From Squalus acanthias (Eukaryota), in assembly GCA_030390025.1 (NCBI GenBank), contig CM059433.1, positions 24,678,001 to 24,742,000 of the forward strand: a stretch of DNA of 64,000 nt, read 5' to 3'. The notes under the pieces were generated by a model. It searched no databases, was not told where the DNA came from, and was given only the letters and a program-made list of their open reading frames with translations. Positions 26,165 to 39,689 of this stretch are shown piece by piece (position 1 is the first letter of the stretch; the number at the start of each line of letters is the position of its first letter). The position numbers and the translations under genes are program-made.

Positions 26165-29100
26165 CTGTACCATTTGAGAGAGTGTGTGAGAGTGTGTGAG
26201 AGTGTGTGGAAAAAAAAAGGCAATGCTTCAATCCACCATTTATATACCATTGCTGTTGGTTTATGACTGTACTTTTCCTAGGCTTCATTTGAAAACTGAT
26301 AATTCATGTAATGTTTGCCTGGATTTCAAGCCCTTTTTAATTAGAATGGCAAATATTATGTGCAACAGAAGTATGCAAATAACTCGGCCTAATTTGATAG
26401 AGGTCATCCTAACTTTTAAAAATGAACTTTGCATGTCAAACATGCATTGTGAAAGGTGGCACATTAAATCTGTCTAACACAAAAAAAAGTCCTGCTTTTC
26501 TGATTTGCTCAAATAACTACTAACTGTTAATTTAAACATAATGATTCATTCAAACATAGGTAGCAAGGATCCTGCATAAACCAACCAATTAATTAATTCA
26601 TTATTTTATCAAAAAAGTACTGATCTGCCGCAGCAGCTATCGCGCAACAAGCCAATCACATCACTTGTTGATTTGTTTAAGCTGGCTTCAGTGGCCACAT
26701 TTAATTTCTGATCCAGCTAAATGTATAGGCGTATAAATAACAACTTTAAATACATTAACATTAAATAAATCTGTGGATAAACACACTCGGCTTACCAAAA
26801 AAAAAAGCCACCATTGTATGTTAGAAATGCCTTCGAGAAGCTTCCACTGCACAAGTCTGGCTGCCACTCTTTAGCTCTATTGTGTGACCTTGGCCTTCCT
26901 TGAAAGTTTAACCTACTGGTGCACTCTGAGTACACCAGTGTCACGCTGTGTATGCCACAATGGTGACAACTCCTGGAATGCACTGGTGACGGTGTGCAAG
27001 TCACTCTGAAGGACACAGCTCTCAGAATGCACTTTATATTTGCCTCTTTTTCCTCAGTTACGTACTCGTGCTTATGCATTTGTGCACAGCAAGCACGGGA
27101 TGAAACTACAACGCATCACCGATCGGACAAATGTAATTTAAGATTATTGCAATAAAATTGTGAAGAATAATAGCAACAAGGAATAAGGAGTGTAATATTT
27201 CGTAGTTCCTGCAGTACAGGAGAAAATTTTAGAAATTGTTTAATGCTTCTATAAAGCAATAAATGCAGTTTTTAATACCCCACAATTTATCCGTCCTTAA
27301 TATTTTTTGGTCATCACTCCATGTAATAAGAAATTAAGCATTAATCTCTCTTCCATGAAAAGCCATTTGAGACTCCGAATTGTGTGCACAGTTGGTTTTG
27401 GGGTTTGTATTTGCCAACTTTGAATTATCGGGTTGAGTGAAAACTTTTCCTCCAAATTTCGCTATCCCTACTCCCCTTCCCTTCCAACCACTGCAAAAAA
27501 AAAAAAAAAAAAGTGGGTCGGGACAAAATACAAATGCAGGTCCCAGAGACAATGGCAATATTCCAACAAATTCAGCCATCTAGTCCAAATTATTTTCTGG
27601 TATGTTGACAGAATTGAAAATTGCAATGATTTGAGGTAAGTTTTCTCATGGATCTCAAATAATGCCCACAAAGCCCTCAAATGTTGTCAAATTGCCAATA
27701 GGCAAGACTAGCTACTTGAAAAGCAGATTCAAAGATGGGAGAGGAATTATATTTTCTACTTCAGCTGAAGATTAATTTTCAAGCTATTAAAATATTTTAT
27801 AGCGTGTCTTCATGAAGCAAAATAGCTGAGTCATAGCGACAGTTTCAGTCTTGACTGACTAAATCCGGTAGATTTGGAGTTTTATTAGTATCTTGTGTAA
27901 TTAAACTTGTGATTTAGGTTGGCATAATAAATTATATAATAGATGACTAGCTGTTAATATGTCAAACAAATCTAACATCCTAAACTTCAGCAATTTATGG
28001 ATGACTGGAGAATGTAGAGATTGAATTGCTGTGAAACAGCATTGTACAAAAAGCCTGATGTTTAGAATTAAAAAAAAAGTAACCCTTAACATCGCGGGCA
28101 AGTTATTTCCGGATAAACCAGGTAACTTTTGCAGCGTTGGTATTCCTGTACAAAAGCGATGTCAAAAGTTGACCTGGTTGCATCTAAATTGTCTTGGTCA
28201 ATCTTTATGCGACTTGGTTTAGATTGGCTGAGCAAGCTGTCTGGAGTTGCCTTTCAGCCAGTCGGAGACCAATTTCTCTGACATGGTTTCCAGCTCTCAA
28301 ATGGACGATGGAATCTGTAAGACAGAGGAAAATGTTCAGACTTTTTTTTTAAAGGTATAGAACAGACCATATTAGTTTAAACAAAATAATAGTGTGGGGA
28401 AGGAAGTCAGGGTGGAGAGGAATAAAGTAACATTTTACATAAAACACTTTTTAAAAAAATACCAATTTTAGGGTTAATAATAATGACAACTTAAAGACCA
28501 ACCTAGAGAGATGCAATTTCCTGGAGTTGCTGGTATGCTGTAAGATAAGACTTTTGCTATTGATTCAGTGAGGGTGATAGGAAGTATGAATCTACTGACT
28601 TGATTGTGACTTAGAAGTTGAAAGGCATGTGGTGTCATGCAAGATCATAAGATGAGGAAAGCATTTTGGCCTATCCTAGTGCATCCACTTAGCAAGAACT
28701 TAGTCTCCCCTTCTCTTTCTCTTCTTCCAACCCCCCTGCCCCTGCTCCCTCACCTCCCCATGGGCATCACAGCATCCAGTTATTTTTTAAATGATTCCAG
28801 GGTTTTCGGTTCGACTGCCTACTCATAAGTCCATTCCACCTGCTGATCACTCTTTGTATGAAGAACTTTGTGACATCAATTTTGTTTTGTTTTTTTGCCA
28901 GTGTGAGCTTGTTCCCCGGTGTACTGCTGTAACTAGTTTTCTCGTAAATTTCTTTCTACCTCACAGAATGTATGAAAATATAAAGTGTTCTACAGTTATA
29001 ATAAACTTTTCAGAAACCATTGTTCTTTCATGTCCTTTCTGTTATGGAGACTGATCTGAGTACATGGTATTTGTCTCATGTTTGAGATGCCTATCTTGTG

Positions 29101-29439
29101 ATATACAAAGTGTGTGTTCTCTCCACTTCCAGATACCTTGTTAATTATTCAGTCTGGTGAAAGTCTAGGAATTGATATGACAAATGTGGCAACATGATCC
29201 TACACTTCTGTTGTGTTCCCTTTATTTCTAGTGTCTTTTTCTTTTCCTATTTAAGTTGCTTGGCCTCCGGCAATGAACAGTACTAATTGGTAACTTAAAA
29301 ACTTGCAGAAAAAAGTTCATTGTGTGGAACAAAATAATATAGGGTATAATTAATAGATCATTGACTCGTATTCTGTGGAATCTAGGCACGTTGAAAGGAC
29401 CAAACAAAGCAGCGGGAAAACATCTGCGAGGTTCTCTTT

Positions 29440-29661
29440 ACTAATATTGTATGGTGTCAGTGCTCGACATAATCACAATCCTATAATCTGCTTAAAATCT
29501 GAACCACATCAACTAAAGCCATTGTTTTTCCTCCAACTCTCCCTTTTTATGCTTTTCTGTTCTGGGGTATAGTTCTGTGGGCATCTGTATCCCCGCATTA
29601 CATTGCCTAAATGGCCATTTGTCATGCGGGAACTACAATGAGTGCCTTTTGGCTATTCAAC
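29440..29661. repeat. Left copy of ~222-bp direct repeat flanking the RTE element (long target-site duplication)
   Basis: About 95% identical to 30429-30652 by manual alignment (about 10 substitutions and one 2-bp indel). Confidence 0.9.
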
Positions 29662-30428
29662 AAGGGCAGACATCGATGATGAAGTCCAACACCGCCTTCA
29701 GTGTGCCAGTGCAGCCTTCGGTCGCCTGAGGAAGAGAGGGTTTCAAGACCAGGACCTCAAACCCGGCACCAAGCTCATGGTCTACATAGCAGTAGTGATT
29801 CCCGCCCTCCTGTATGCTTCAGCGACATGGACCATGTACAGCAGGCATCTCAAAGCACTGGAGAGGTACCACCAACGCTGTCTCCGCAAGATCCTGCAAA
29901 TCCATTGGCAGGGTAGGCGCACCAACGTCAGTGTTCTCGCTTAGGACAACATCCCCTGCATCGAAGCTTTGACCACGCTCGATCTACTCCAATGGACGGG
30001 TCACATCGTCCGCATGCTCGATACGAGACTCCCAAAACAAGCGCTCTACTCAGAGCTCCGTCTCGGCAGGAGAGCCCCAGGTGGGCAGAGGAAACGCTTC
30101 AAGGACACCCTCAAAGCCTCCTTGGAAAAAGTGCAACATCCCCTCCGACACCTGGGAATCCCTGGCCCAAGACCGCTCAAAGTGGAGGAGAAGCATCCGG
30201 GAAGACGCCGAACACCTCGAGTCTCTTCGCCAGGAGCAAGCGGAAGCCAATCGCAAATAGCGGAAGGAGCGCACGTCAACCCCACCCACCCGCCCCTTCA
30301 ACCACTGTCTGCCCCACCTGTGGCGGAGACTGTAGGTCCCGCATTGGCCTCATCAGTCACCTAAGAACTAATTTTTAGCGTGGAAGCAAGTCATCCTCGG
30401 TTCCGAGGGACTGCCTAAGAAGGAGATG
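29662..30428 (+). mobile_element. RTE-clade LINE, 5'-truncated 3' fragment
   Basis: DIDDEVQHRLQCASAAFGRLRKR...TKLMVYIAVVIPALLYASATWT...LERYHQRCLRKIL; RLPKQALYSEL...GGQRKRFKDTLK; C-terminal CPTCGGDCRSRIGLISHLRT zinc-finger-like motif; short repeat tail. Confidence 0.92.
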
Positions 30429-30652
30429 ACTAATATTGTATGGTGTCAGTGCTCGACATCATCACAATCCTATAATCTGCTTAACATCTTATCTACATCA
30501 ACTAAAGCCATTGTTTTCCCTCCAACTCTCTCCCTTTTTATGCTTTTCTGTTCTGGGGTATAGTTCTGTGGGCATCTGTAGCCCTGAATTACATTGCCTA
30601 AATGGCCATTTGTCATGCGGGAACTACAATGACTGCCTTTTGGCTATTCAAC
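30429..30652. repeat. Right copy of ~222-bp direct repeat flanking the RTE element
   Basis: Begins immediately after the RTE tail; matches 29440-29661. Confidence 0.9.
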
Positions 30653-30730
30653 CATAGTTGAGCATGGCACCTGAATCTACAAATACAAATTCAGGTGCAG
30701 TGCTCAACTAATGCTGAATAGCCAAAAGGC
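30635..30730. repeat. 96-bp palindrome (42-bp arms, 12-nt loop)
   Basis: gccttttggctattca...gcacctgaat pairs with attcaggtgc...tgaatagccaaaaggc, 37/42 matches. Confidence 0.85.
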
Positions 30731-31469
30731 GCACTCCATCTGATTCTGTTCTCCACTCCTACCCATACGCACATACTCCAGCATGAGTTGCTGGATAGTG
30801 AGGAAGAAAGAGAGGGAACCTTGACTTTGACTTTGTACCCCCTTCGAGCACCCTTGCTCTCTTCCCTGCCCCCCTCTAGCTAACAACTGGGGCCCACTGA
30901 AGACCGTTTTTAATGTCACTATCCCTGCTGAGATCAGCTAACTTATTAAAGACTGAGAATCAAACCCAAGGCCACCCTGGTCTGCACGGCTCAATTCACA
31001 CCAGGAAGTGCATTGGCAAACTGAGCAGTCAAGGATGTCCGCGGAAGAACTTGTAAATTGCACAAGCTGTTGTATTTCTGGATATAGTATTTACGGCTGA
31101 AAAATGTTTCCTTTTAGGTAAAATCAGCAAAACCTCCTCTTAACAATCCATTTTGTGCACAGATGGGTTTGCTATATTTAGAAGCGATACTACCCAGGAT
31201 TTATCTGGCTTTTAAGCAGATTATAGGTTTTTGGTAATGTCAAACTCATTGAATTCAGCTCATTCATACTAAACCAACTCAATCCAAGTGTAACCATGGC
31301 AATGGCAATAGTTATAAAAGCCTCACTGTGAAGTATTGGGGCAGCTTAGTACACTAACAGCAGTTATAAAATTGTGAGTTGCTGGGGAAATTGTTGGCCA
31401 CTTCTGTGTCTGTGTGAGTTCAAGGGGCAAGATTTTGTTGCTGGGGAATCTCGGACACTCACTGTCAGC

Positions 31470-31965
31470 AACCAACAACAACTTGTATTTATATAGCGCC
31501 TTTAACGTAGTAAAATGTCCCAAGGCACTTCACAGGAGCATTATCAAATAAAATTTGACACCGACCCACATAAGATATTGGGGCAGATGATGTAGGTTTT
31601 AAGGAGTATCTTTAAGGAGGTAGAGAAGCTGGGAGGTTTAGGGAGGGAATTCCAGAGCTTCGGGCCTTAGCAGCTGAAGGCACGGCCGCCACTGTCGGAA
31701 CAATTTAAAATAGGGGATGCTCGAGGCCAGAATAGGAGGAATACCGATATCTTTGAGGGCTGTAGGGCTGGAGGAGATTACAGAGATGGGGAGGGCCGAG
31801 GCCATGGAAGGATTTGGAAACGAGGATGAGAATTTTAAAATCAAGGGTGTTGCTTAACTGGGAGCCAGTGTAGGTCAGCGAGCACACAGGGGTGATGCGT
31901 GAATGGGACTTGGTGTGAGTTAGGACACAGGCAGCCGAGTTTTGGATGATCTCAAGTTTATGGAG
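31470..31965 (-). mobile_element. L2 LINE 3' fragment
   Basis: (caa)n tail plus ttgtatttatatagcgcctttaacg; minus-strand DFKILILVSKSFHGLGPPHLCNLL. Confidence 0.85.
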
Positions 31966-32699
31966 ACCAGCCCTCCCAGGCTTAGGAATGGCCCAATTCG
32001 ATGTAAGTGTTTGGGGGAAACCTTACAATGAACAATGTACCTCCACTCCAACCTCAGTAAAGCAATCCCAGATGTACTTGTGACATTTTTCCATTTCCCA
32101 CATCTGCCATCCTATGGCACTTCGAGTGCAATTGCTAACTCGTTGCCATACCGGTGGGTGGTGGGGATGGGGCAGTTTTTCTTTGAAAATGCCCCCCCTG
32201 CCCCTCAAGAATACTGAATGCTAATCTGATCGAGCTGCTGGAGAGTTTTGTTCACACTTTCAAGATAACTGCTGTAATGGGAATTATTTAAAATCTTTCA
32301 TTCAAGTCTTGTTTTTTGGTACTGCATCTGATCCTTCAGTCCCTGTGCTTCGTTGGAAGATAATGCAGTTACATACCTGTAGAAGAAGAATGAAGTTTAT
32401 ACTGAAGATAACAATCCTAATTAATACTGGGAATTGTGTTTGGCGAAGATTACTGGTTTCCTGTTGTCTCAAGTGGTTGCACGTTGAAAACTGAGTTGAT
32501 TTTTAGGTTCTAATTTTATGTGGAAGTTTTTGTGTCTGAATTCAGTGCATTATATTTAGTAATAATTGTGATTTAGCCCATCTTGAGCATCTGAGGGTTT
32601 CAAAATTTAGATGTATTCCAGAATATTCTATTAATTCCCTTCTAAAAGGTATGAAGAACATTTTAAAGGCGTTTGTATGTTACTGAATGATCAATCATT

Positions 32700-33900
32700 A
32701 CTCAAATCATCAGGGACATAGTGGCTGAGCACATGGGCCAGCACGAGCTGATCAGAGAGTCGTCCTGGAAGGGCAAGATATTTCTGATTAATTTAGTTGG
32801 ATTTCTTGATGTCACATCTACAGGTGTTGCCTGTATGGACTTCCAAGAAAGCGTTTGATATGGTTCAGTACAACAGATTATTAGCAAAAAGAAAAGCACA
32901 CTGCACTGGGAGTTACCTTGTGTTGCGGGGTAGTAATTGGTTGGGAGATGGGAGACAGAGTAGGGATAAAGGGGAGTGTACTCTGATTGATTTGTGGGAT
33001 GTGACGAGAGGTCTTCTCCAGGGATCTGTACTGGGGCCTCAGCTTTTGACCAAATATATCAGTGACTTGGATGAAGGAATAGAGAATTGTACATTAAAGT
33101 TTGCAGATTGCACCAAGTTAGGCACAGAAAATAATGTAGATGCGATGGGCAGTTGCAAAGGGACATAGTGAGTGGGCAAAACTATGGCGGATGGAGTTAA
33201 ACGTGTGAGATCATTCACTTTGGATTTAAGAAAGCAAAATCGGAATATTTTCTGAATGATGAGCAAAGGAATTTGGGTGTCCATGTGCATAGATCACTAA
33301 AAGCTAGTCGTCGGGTACAAAAAGTAATCAAAAAGGCAAACCGAATGTTGACCTTTACCTCAAGGGGGCTGGAATACAGAGGTTTAAGAAGTTATGCTTC
33401 AGTTGTACAGAGCTCTGGTTAGATCCCATTTAGAGTATTGTGTTCAGTTCGAGGCACCACAGGTCAGGAAGGATATATTGGTCTTATCAGGGGTACAGAG
33501 CAGATTCTCAGAATAATGCCAGGGCTTAAAGGGTTAAATTATGAGGACAGGTTGCATAAACATAGCTTGCATTCTCTTGATTTTAGAAGGTTTGAGGGGT
33601 AATCTAACTGAGGTGGTCTTATTTTTTTTAAAGGTATTTGATAGAGTAGATACAGAGAAACTGAAGGAGAGGTGCAGGAATCCAGAACAAGGGGCACAAT
33701 CTTAAAATTAGAGCTAGACCATTCAGGAGGGGAATCTGGAACTTTCTCCCAAATAGTTATGGATATTGGGTCAATTAAAATGTTCAAGACTGAGATCGAT
33801 AGATTTTTGTGAGGTAAAGTTATCAAGGGATGTGGAGTTGAATTGATCTGATTGAATGGTGGAGCAGGTTTGAAGGGCTGAATTGTTTCTATTTCCTATG
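32700..33900 (+). mobile_element. Old CR1 LINE 3' half
   Basis: [27 protein letters not shown]; degenerate CR1 3' UTR. Confidence 0.85.
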
Positions 33901-34301
33901 CTCCACATAGTTCGTATAATGTTATTTGTGATCAGTCAGTAATTTTATATGTTGCAGCAAAGTTGGAATTTGTTTCTGTGTCTGATTTTCACTGCTTATG
34001 TTGTACCAACTGTTACTCTATACGGTGCTTTCGGTTGTGTCCCTGGTATCTCCTGTTGACTCTTAGCAATTAGCATATGGGAAATGTTCGTGCTTGTATT
34101 GTACCTCCCCCAAGAATTCTAGGAATTGCCATGGCTTTGTTTTTAGTGGATTGTCAGACTAGTTCTGAGATGATTCATTTTTAAGGAGCTAAACATTTCA
34201 TCTGTAAAATTCTCTCATTTTAATCTTTATCATTGTTTGAATACATTTTTCCCCAAAACCTTTTTATAAATCATTGTGTTTCTTCTCACTGTTTGTTTCA
34301 G

Positions 34302-34358
34302 TCTTATAAACCTGGCATCACTTGAGCTAAGAGAAAACCTGCTGACTTTGCTACCAGA
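34302..34358 (+). CDS. LRRC1: LRRC1 coding exon (probable exon 5), 57 nt, phase 2-2
   Basis: tttcag|tctt; encodes (N)LINLASLELRENLLTLLP(E); donor caga|gtaagt. Confidence 0.94.
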
Positions 34359-34944
34359 GTAAGTTCAATGGATTTTTAAAAATGTATTTGTATAAATATA
34401 CACCCGTATAAGAATGTGAATGGAAAATTCCAGGTGACCGAGGAGGAAATGAAACTTTTTCAATTGGGCTCTGTTGTGGACCAAACCTTGGCACTGTTCC
34501 AGTTAAAGAAATACTTGCATAACTATTTGTGAGTTTGGGGGAAAAATACCTCCTGTGCTCGTTCTCACAAAAAACCCTCTCTCTGTGAGATCTCCCTTCC
34601 TACCCAGTGGCTGGATTCCTCATGGATGAAATGACGTTTCTTCGTCCCTTCTCCCAACTAGCTCTGTTTCTTCTCCCTGTCAGCAGGGAGAGATAATGGA
34701 GATTGCTGGAAACTGCAGTTTTGCAAAAAGTATTTTCAACTTCTTAGCCTCTGACTGTGAAGATATGACCACCCTGAATTTGATGCTGTTACCAGATGAG
34801 CAAGGTATTTAAGAAATGTATTTTTTTTAATGTAGAGAGGGAGCAGAGTATTTTTCCCACATATTCTCTAAGGTTGTTATCCTGGAATATTCCTTTAATT
34901 ATGCTGTATGTGACATGCTTCTGATTTAACAAGTTCTTTGACCT

Positions 34945-35290
34945 AGCTCTGCTGGTAGCCTGTGGGCCAAGGTTCTGCACTGGTATGTACCAAGAGTTCC
35001 CAGGTTCGATTCCTAGTCTGTGCTGATCACAACCAGAGCAACAAGTGGGGCTCTACAATTGGCCTCCGTTCTAGTTTGCTAGAAGGGGAAAAATTCTGTC
35101 AGCGTTCCCACTACTGCTGAAAAGTACTTGTGTGGACATCTGGCAGGGACAGGTTAGGTCAGTCATGATGCTTCCATCAGTGAATAAACTTCTGACCCTC
35201 CTGTCTAGGCTCACTCATGAATAGTGGTCATGTCATGTGGCAGGGTACTGAAAGGGTGCCTGTGTGATTTAAGCTGTGAATTGCTGTTAC
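34945..35290 (+). mobile_element. Old tRNA-derived SINE
   Basis: B-box ggttcgattcc at ~35003; body similar to reverse-complement copies near 13640 and 30850. Confidence 0.45.
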
Positions 35291-35954
35291 GGGAATTTTC
35301 AAAGTGGGGGGGCAAATCCTGCTATCTACAGGGCAGGAGTTCGAAAAAGAATTTGAGGTTGTCACACAACTCCTGGAGACTATTTCTAGAGCAATCGATA
35401 TTTCAGTACAGGATGCCTGGCTCTATCTTGGTCAAAAAATTGTGCATGAGCAGGAAGGTTTTATCTATGTGTATGTTTTTCCCCTAAATTGCAAACCTGT
35501 AGAAGTTTGAATATATTTGGATTGTTCTCCCTCTGCACTGCAAGATTTGAGACCAAGCATTAGTTGAATAAAACCAGAGAATAATTCATGTGCTAATTGT
35601 GAAGAATTTCAAATTTAAATTAGTGTTTTACTAAAACCCCGAAATGGAAGAATTTTTTTCCCCCCATTCCTTTTTGACAACTAAGCGCAAGCAACAGTGT
35701 GGAAAGTATTGTCGTTAAATTAAAAACTGGAAACTAAATTTCAAACCAAACTCCTTTTGTGGGGAACAAGGATTTTCAGAGCTGGTGCTTTTCACGCCAA
35801 TAAACATTACTTTTGTCTATGACATGCAGAACATTTGTGGTCAGATTCTGTTCAGTGCTTACCTGTATTAATTGCTACAACAAACTAATTACCTGGGGAT
35901 AAAAATGAAATCTCATTTAAAAATTTGATGTTGAGATACTATGTTAATTTACAG

Positions 35955-36018
35955 GTCACTTGCCCTTCTCCGCAAATTGGAAGAATTGGACCTCGGAAAC
36001 AATGAACTATATAATTTG
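35955..36018 (+). CDS. LRRC1: LRRC1 coding exon (probable exon 6), 64 nt, phase 2-0
   Basis: ttacag|gtca; encodes (E)SLALLRKLEELDLGNNELYNL; donor tttg|gtaaga. Confidence 0.94.
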
Positions 36019-36520
36019 GTAAGAATTATTTTTAAACCAAGTGCTTTGTGCTTTTTTTCGTGGCACGGAGAAGAATTAAACTAAAGTATAATTTTATTCA
36101 TGAAAAATAACTTGTGGTTACATAAAAGATTACAGTGTACTGGGTTTGAGTATTCCACAGAATAGCTGATCATTTCGCCCGTTCTATCAGGGAGTTATTT
36201 GTTCTGACACCTTGAGTAAAAGTTAAGCTATTTATTACATTGTGTACTTATTTTAGGACTCCTTATTTCACATTGTTGTAAAAGCCACACTGCCAAAATC
36301 AATAAGAAGAATGGAAACTTAACAATTGTGAACCTAACTGGGCAAATTCTGTAAATTATGCTTGTGAAGGGACAGGGGCACTGCAGCGATCTCAAGATTT
36401 CAATGCTTCAATAGATGTTGCTGTGACCTCTTGTAAATTACCACGTGGAAAGTGTTGCGGCTGACTTGGGCTGCAGTTAATCTTAAGGTGTAGCAAGAAA
36501 GTATTGGGTCGAAGTTTTAA

Positions 36521-36937
36521 CTTTGGCTCAGTATCAGCACTTTCACCTGGGTCAGAAGGTTGTGGGTTCGAGTCCCACTCCAGAAACTGGAGCACTTAAT
36601 CTAGGCTGACAATTCAGTGCAGTATGAAGGAGTGCTGCACTGTCAGAGATGCCGATTTTCAGATGCGACATTAAACCTAGGCCCCATCTGCCCTCTCAGG
36701 TAGATGTAAAAGATCACACAGCACTTTGTTGAACAAGAGCTGAAGAGTTTTCCTAGTCTGTATGTATCCTTATAAAAAACATCATTAAAGCAGATTATCT
36801 GGTCATTTATGTCATTGCTGTTTATGGGACCTTGCTGTGCACAAATTGGTTGCTGCACTTCACTATGTTACTACAGTGACTACACTTCAACAATACTTCA
36901 TTGGCTATGAAGCAATTTGGGCCGTCCTCAAAGTGAA
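36521..36937 (+). mobile_element. SacSINE1-like (DeuSINE superfamily) SINE
   Basis: tggctcagt A box, ggttcgagtcc B box, central gtaaaagatc...cagattatctggtcatt domain and L2-like tail. Confidence 0.8.
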
Positions 36938-39405
36938 AGAACATAAGAAATAGGAGCTGGAGTAGGCCATTTGGCCCTTCGAGTCTGCTCCGCCATTCAA
37001 TAAGATCATGGCTGATCTTCTACCTCATCTCCACTTTCCTGCACTATCCCCATATCCCTTGATTCCCTTAATATTAAAAAATCTATCGATCTCTGTCTTG
37101 AATATACTCAACGACTGAGCCTCCACAGCCCTCTGGGGTAGAGAATTCCAAAGATTCACCACCCTCCTGAAGAAATTTCTCCTCATCTCAGTCCTAAATG
37201 GCCGACCCCTTATTCTGAGACTGTGACCCCTGGTTCTAGACTCCCCAGCCAGGGGAAACCGCTTCCCTGCATCTACCCTGTCAAGCCCTGTAAGAATTTT
37301 GTATGTTTCAATGAGATCACCTCTCATTCTTCTAAACTCTGGAGAATATAGGCCTAGTCTACTCAATCTGTCCTCATAGGACAATCCCCCCATCCCAGGA
37401 ACCAGTCTGGTGAACCTTCGTTGCACTCCCTCTTAAGTAAGGAGACCCAAACTGTACACACTACTCCAGGTGTGGTCTCACCAGGGCCCTATATAATTGC
37501 AGTAAGCCATCTTTACTCTTATACTCAAATCCTCTTGTAATAAAGGCCAACATACCATTTGCTTTCCTAATTGCTTCCTGTACCTGCATGTTAACTTTCA
37601 GTGATTCGTGTACAAGGACACCCAGGTCCCTCTGAACACCCAACATTTTCCAATCTCTCGCCATTTAAAAAATACTCTGGTTTTCTATTTTTCCTACCAA
37701 AGTGGATAACTTCACATTTCTGCACGCTATATTCCATTTGCCATGTTCTTGCCCACTCACTTAGCCTGTCTATATCCCCTTGAAGCCTCCTAGCATCCTC
37801 CTCATAACTTGCATTCCCACCCAGCTTTGTATCATCAGCAAACTTGGATATATTACATTTGGTACCCTCATCCAAATCATTGATGTAGATTGTGAATAGC
37901 TGAGGCCCAAGCACTGATCCTTGCGGTACCCCACTAGTTACAACCTGCCAACCCGAAAATGACCCGTTTATTCCTACTCTCTGTTTTCTGTCCGTTAACC
38001 AGTCCTCAATCCATGCTAGTATATTACCCCCAATCCCATGAGCCCTAATTTTGTTTAATAACCTCTTGTGTGGCACCTTATCGAATGCCTTCTGAAAATC
38101 CAAATACACCACATCCACTGGTTCCCCCTTATCTATTCTGTTAGTTACAACCTCAAAATAACTCTTAACAGATTTGTCAAACACAATTTCCCTCTCATAA
38201 ATCCGTGTTGACTCTGCCCAATCCGATTATTATTTTCTAAGTGCCCTGTTACCACGTCCTTAATATATTCCAGCATTTTCCCTACCACTGATGTCAGGCT
38301 AACTGGTCTGTAGTTCCCTGTTTTCTCTCTCCCTCCTTTCTTAAATAGTGGGGTTACATTTGCTACCTTCCAATCCACGGGAACCGTTCTAGAATCTATG
38401 GAATTTTTGAAAATGACAACCAATGCATCCACTATCTCTATAGCCAACTCTTTTAAAACCCTAGGATGTAGGCCATCAGGTCCAGAGGATTTATCGGCTT
38501 TCAGTCCCATTAATTTCTCCAGTACTACTTTTTTACTAATACTAATATCTTTCAGTTCCTCATTCTCGCTAGACCCTTGGTTGTCCACTAATTCCGGGAA
38601 GTTTTTTGCGTCTTCTTCCATGAAGACAGACACAAAGTATTTGTTTAATTTCATCGCCATTTCCTTATTCCCCATTATAATTTCTCCTGTCTCAGCCTGT
38701 AAGAGACCCACATTTACTTTCTCTAATCTTTTCCTTTTTACATGCCTATAGAAGCTTTAACAGTCTGTTTTTATGTCTCTCGCTAGTTTACTCTCATTCT
38801 ATTTTCCCTTTCTTTATCAATTTCTTGGTCCTCCTTTGCTGAATTTGAAAATCCTCCCAATGCTCAGGCTTACTCTTTTTGGCAGCATTATAAGCCTCTT
38901 CCTTTGATCTAATACTATCTTTAACTTCTCTTGTTAGCCACGGTTGGACCACTTTTCCTGTGGGGTTTTTGTGCCTTAAAGGAATGTATATTTGTTGTAA
39001 ATTATGTATTAATTCTTTAAATGCTAGCCATTGCTCGTCTACCGTCATACCTTTTTAATGTAGTTTCCCAATCTACCTTAGCCAACTCGCCCCTCATACC
39101 TACGTAGTTTGCTTTTAGATTTAAGACACTAATTTTGGATTTAACTAAATCACTTTCAAACTTAATATAAAATTCTATCATATTGTGGTCACTCTTCCCT
39201 AAAGGCCCCTTTACTACAAGGTTATTAATTCACCCTGTTGTTGCACAATACTAGATCTAAACCAGCCTGTTCCCTAGTTGGTTCCTCAACATACTGATCC
39301 AGAAAACTATCTTGTATACATTCCATGAAGTCGTTCTCCACACTATTACTGCAAATTTGTTTTGCCCAGTCTATATGTAGATTAAAGTCCCCCATGATTA
39401 CTGTA
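36938..39405 (-). mobile_element. CR1 LINE, ~2.5 kb, 5'-truncated, frameshifted
   Basis: ORFs 37025-37426, 37591-38184, 38145-38711, 38794-39048 and 39225-39455 give consecutive ORF2 parts (MGDFN, YLDFQKAFDKVPH, FADDTKL). Confidence 0.95.
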
Positions 39406-39689
39406 TTATAGCAGAAGGTCAAACTGGAGAAACTAAAAAGGTGAAAACATATCACTAACAGTTAACAGCTCACGTGTTGGTTTTCAACCTTCAGGACATT
39501 CACGGTTTAAGAGCAAGTCTCATTTTGGAACTTCTTCACAAATGGAGTCATCAGAAAGATTTAGTTGTCAAAATTGCCATGATTTTAATTATATAAACCG
39601 AGAAATTATTTTTTCTGTACACTCTGCATGGCCCGCTCAGAGCATACACCAGCTGCAGTTGACCTTCTCTCGATCATCCTCAAGGTATC

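Noticed and set aside
36521..36590. tRNA gene
   Set aside because: A and B boxes run straight into a SINE body repeated elsewhere in the window; no complete cloverleaf.
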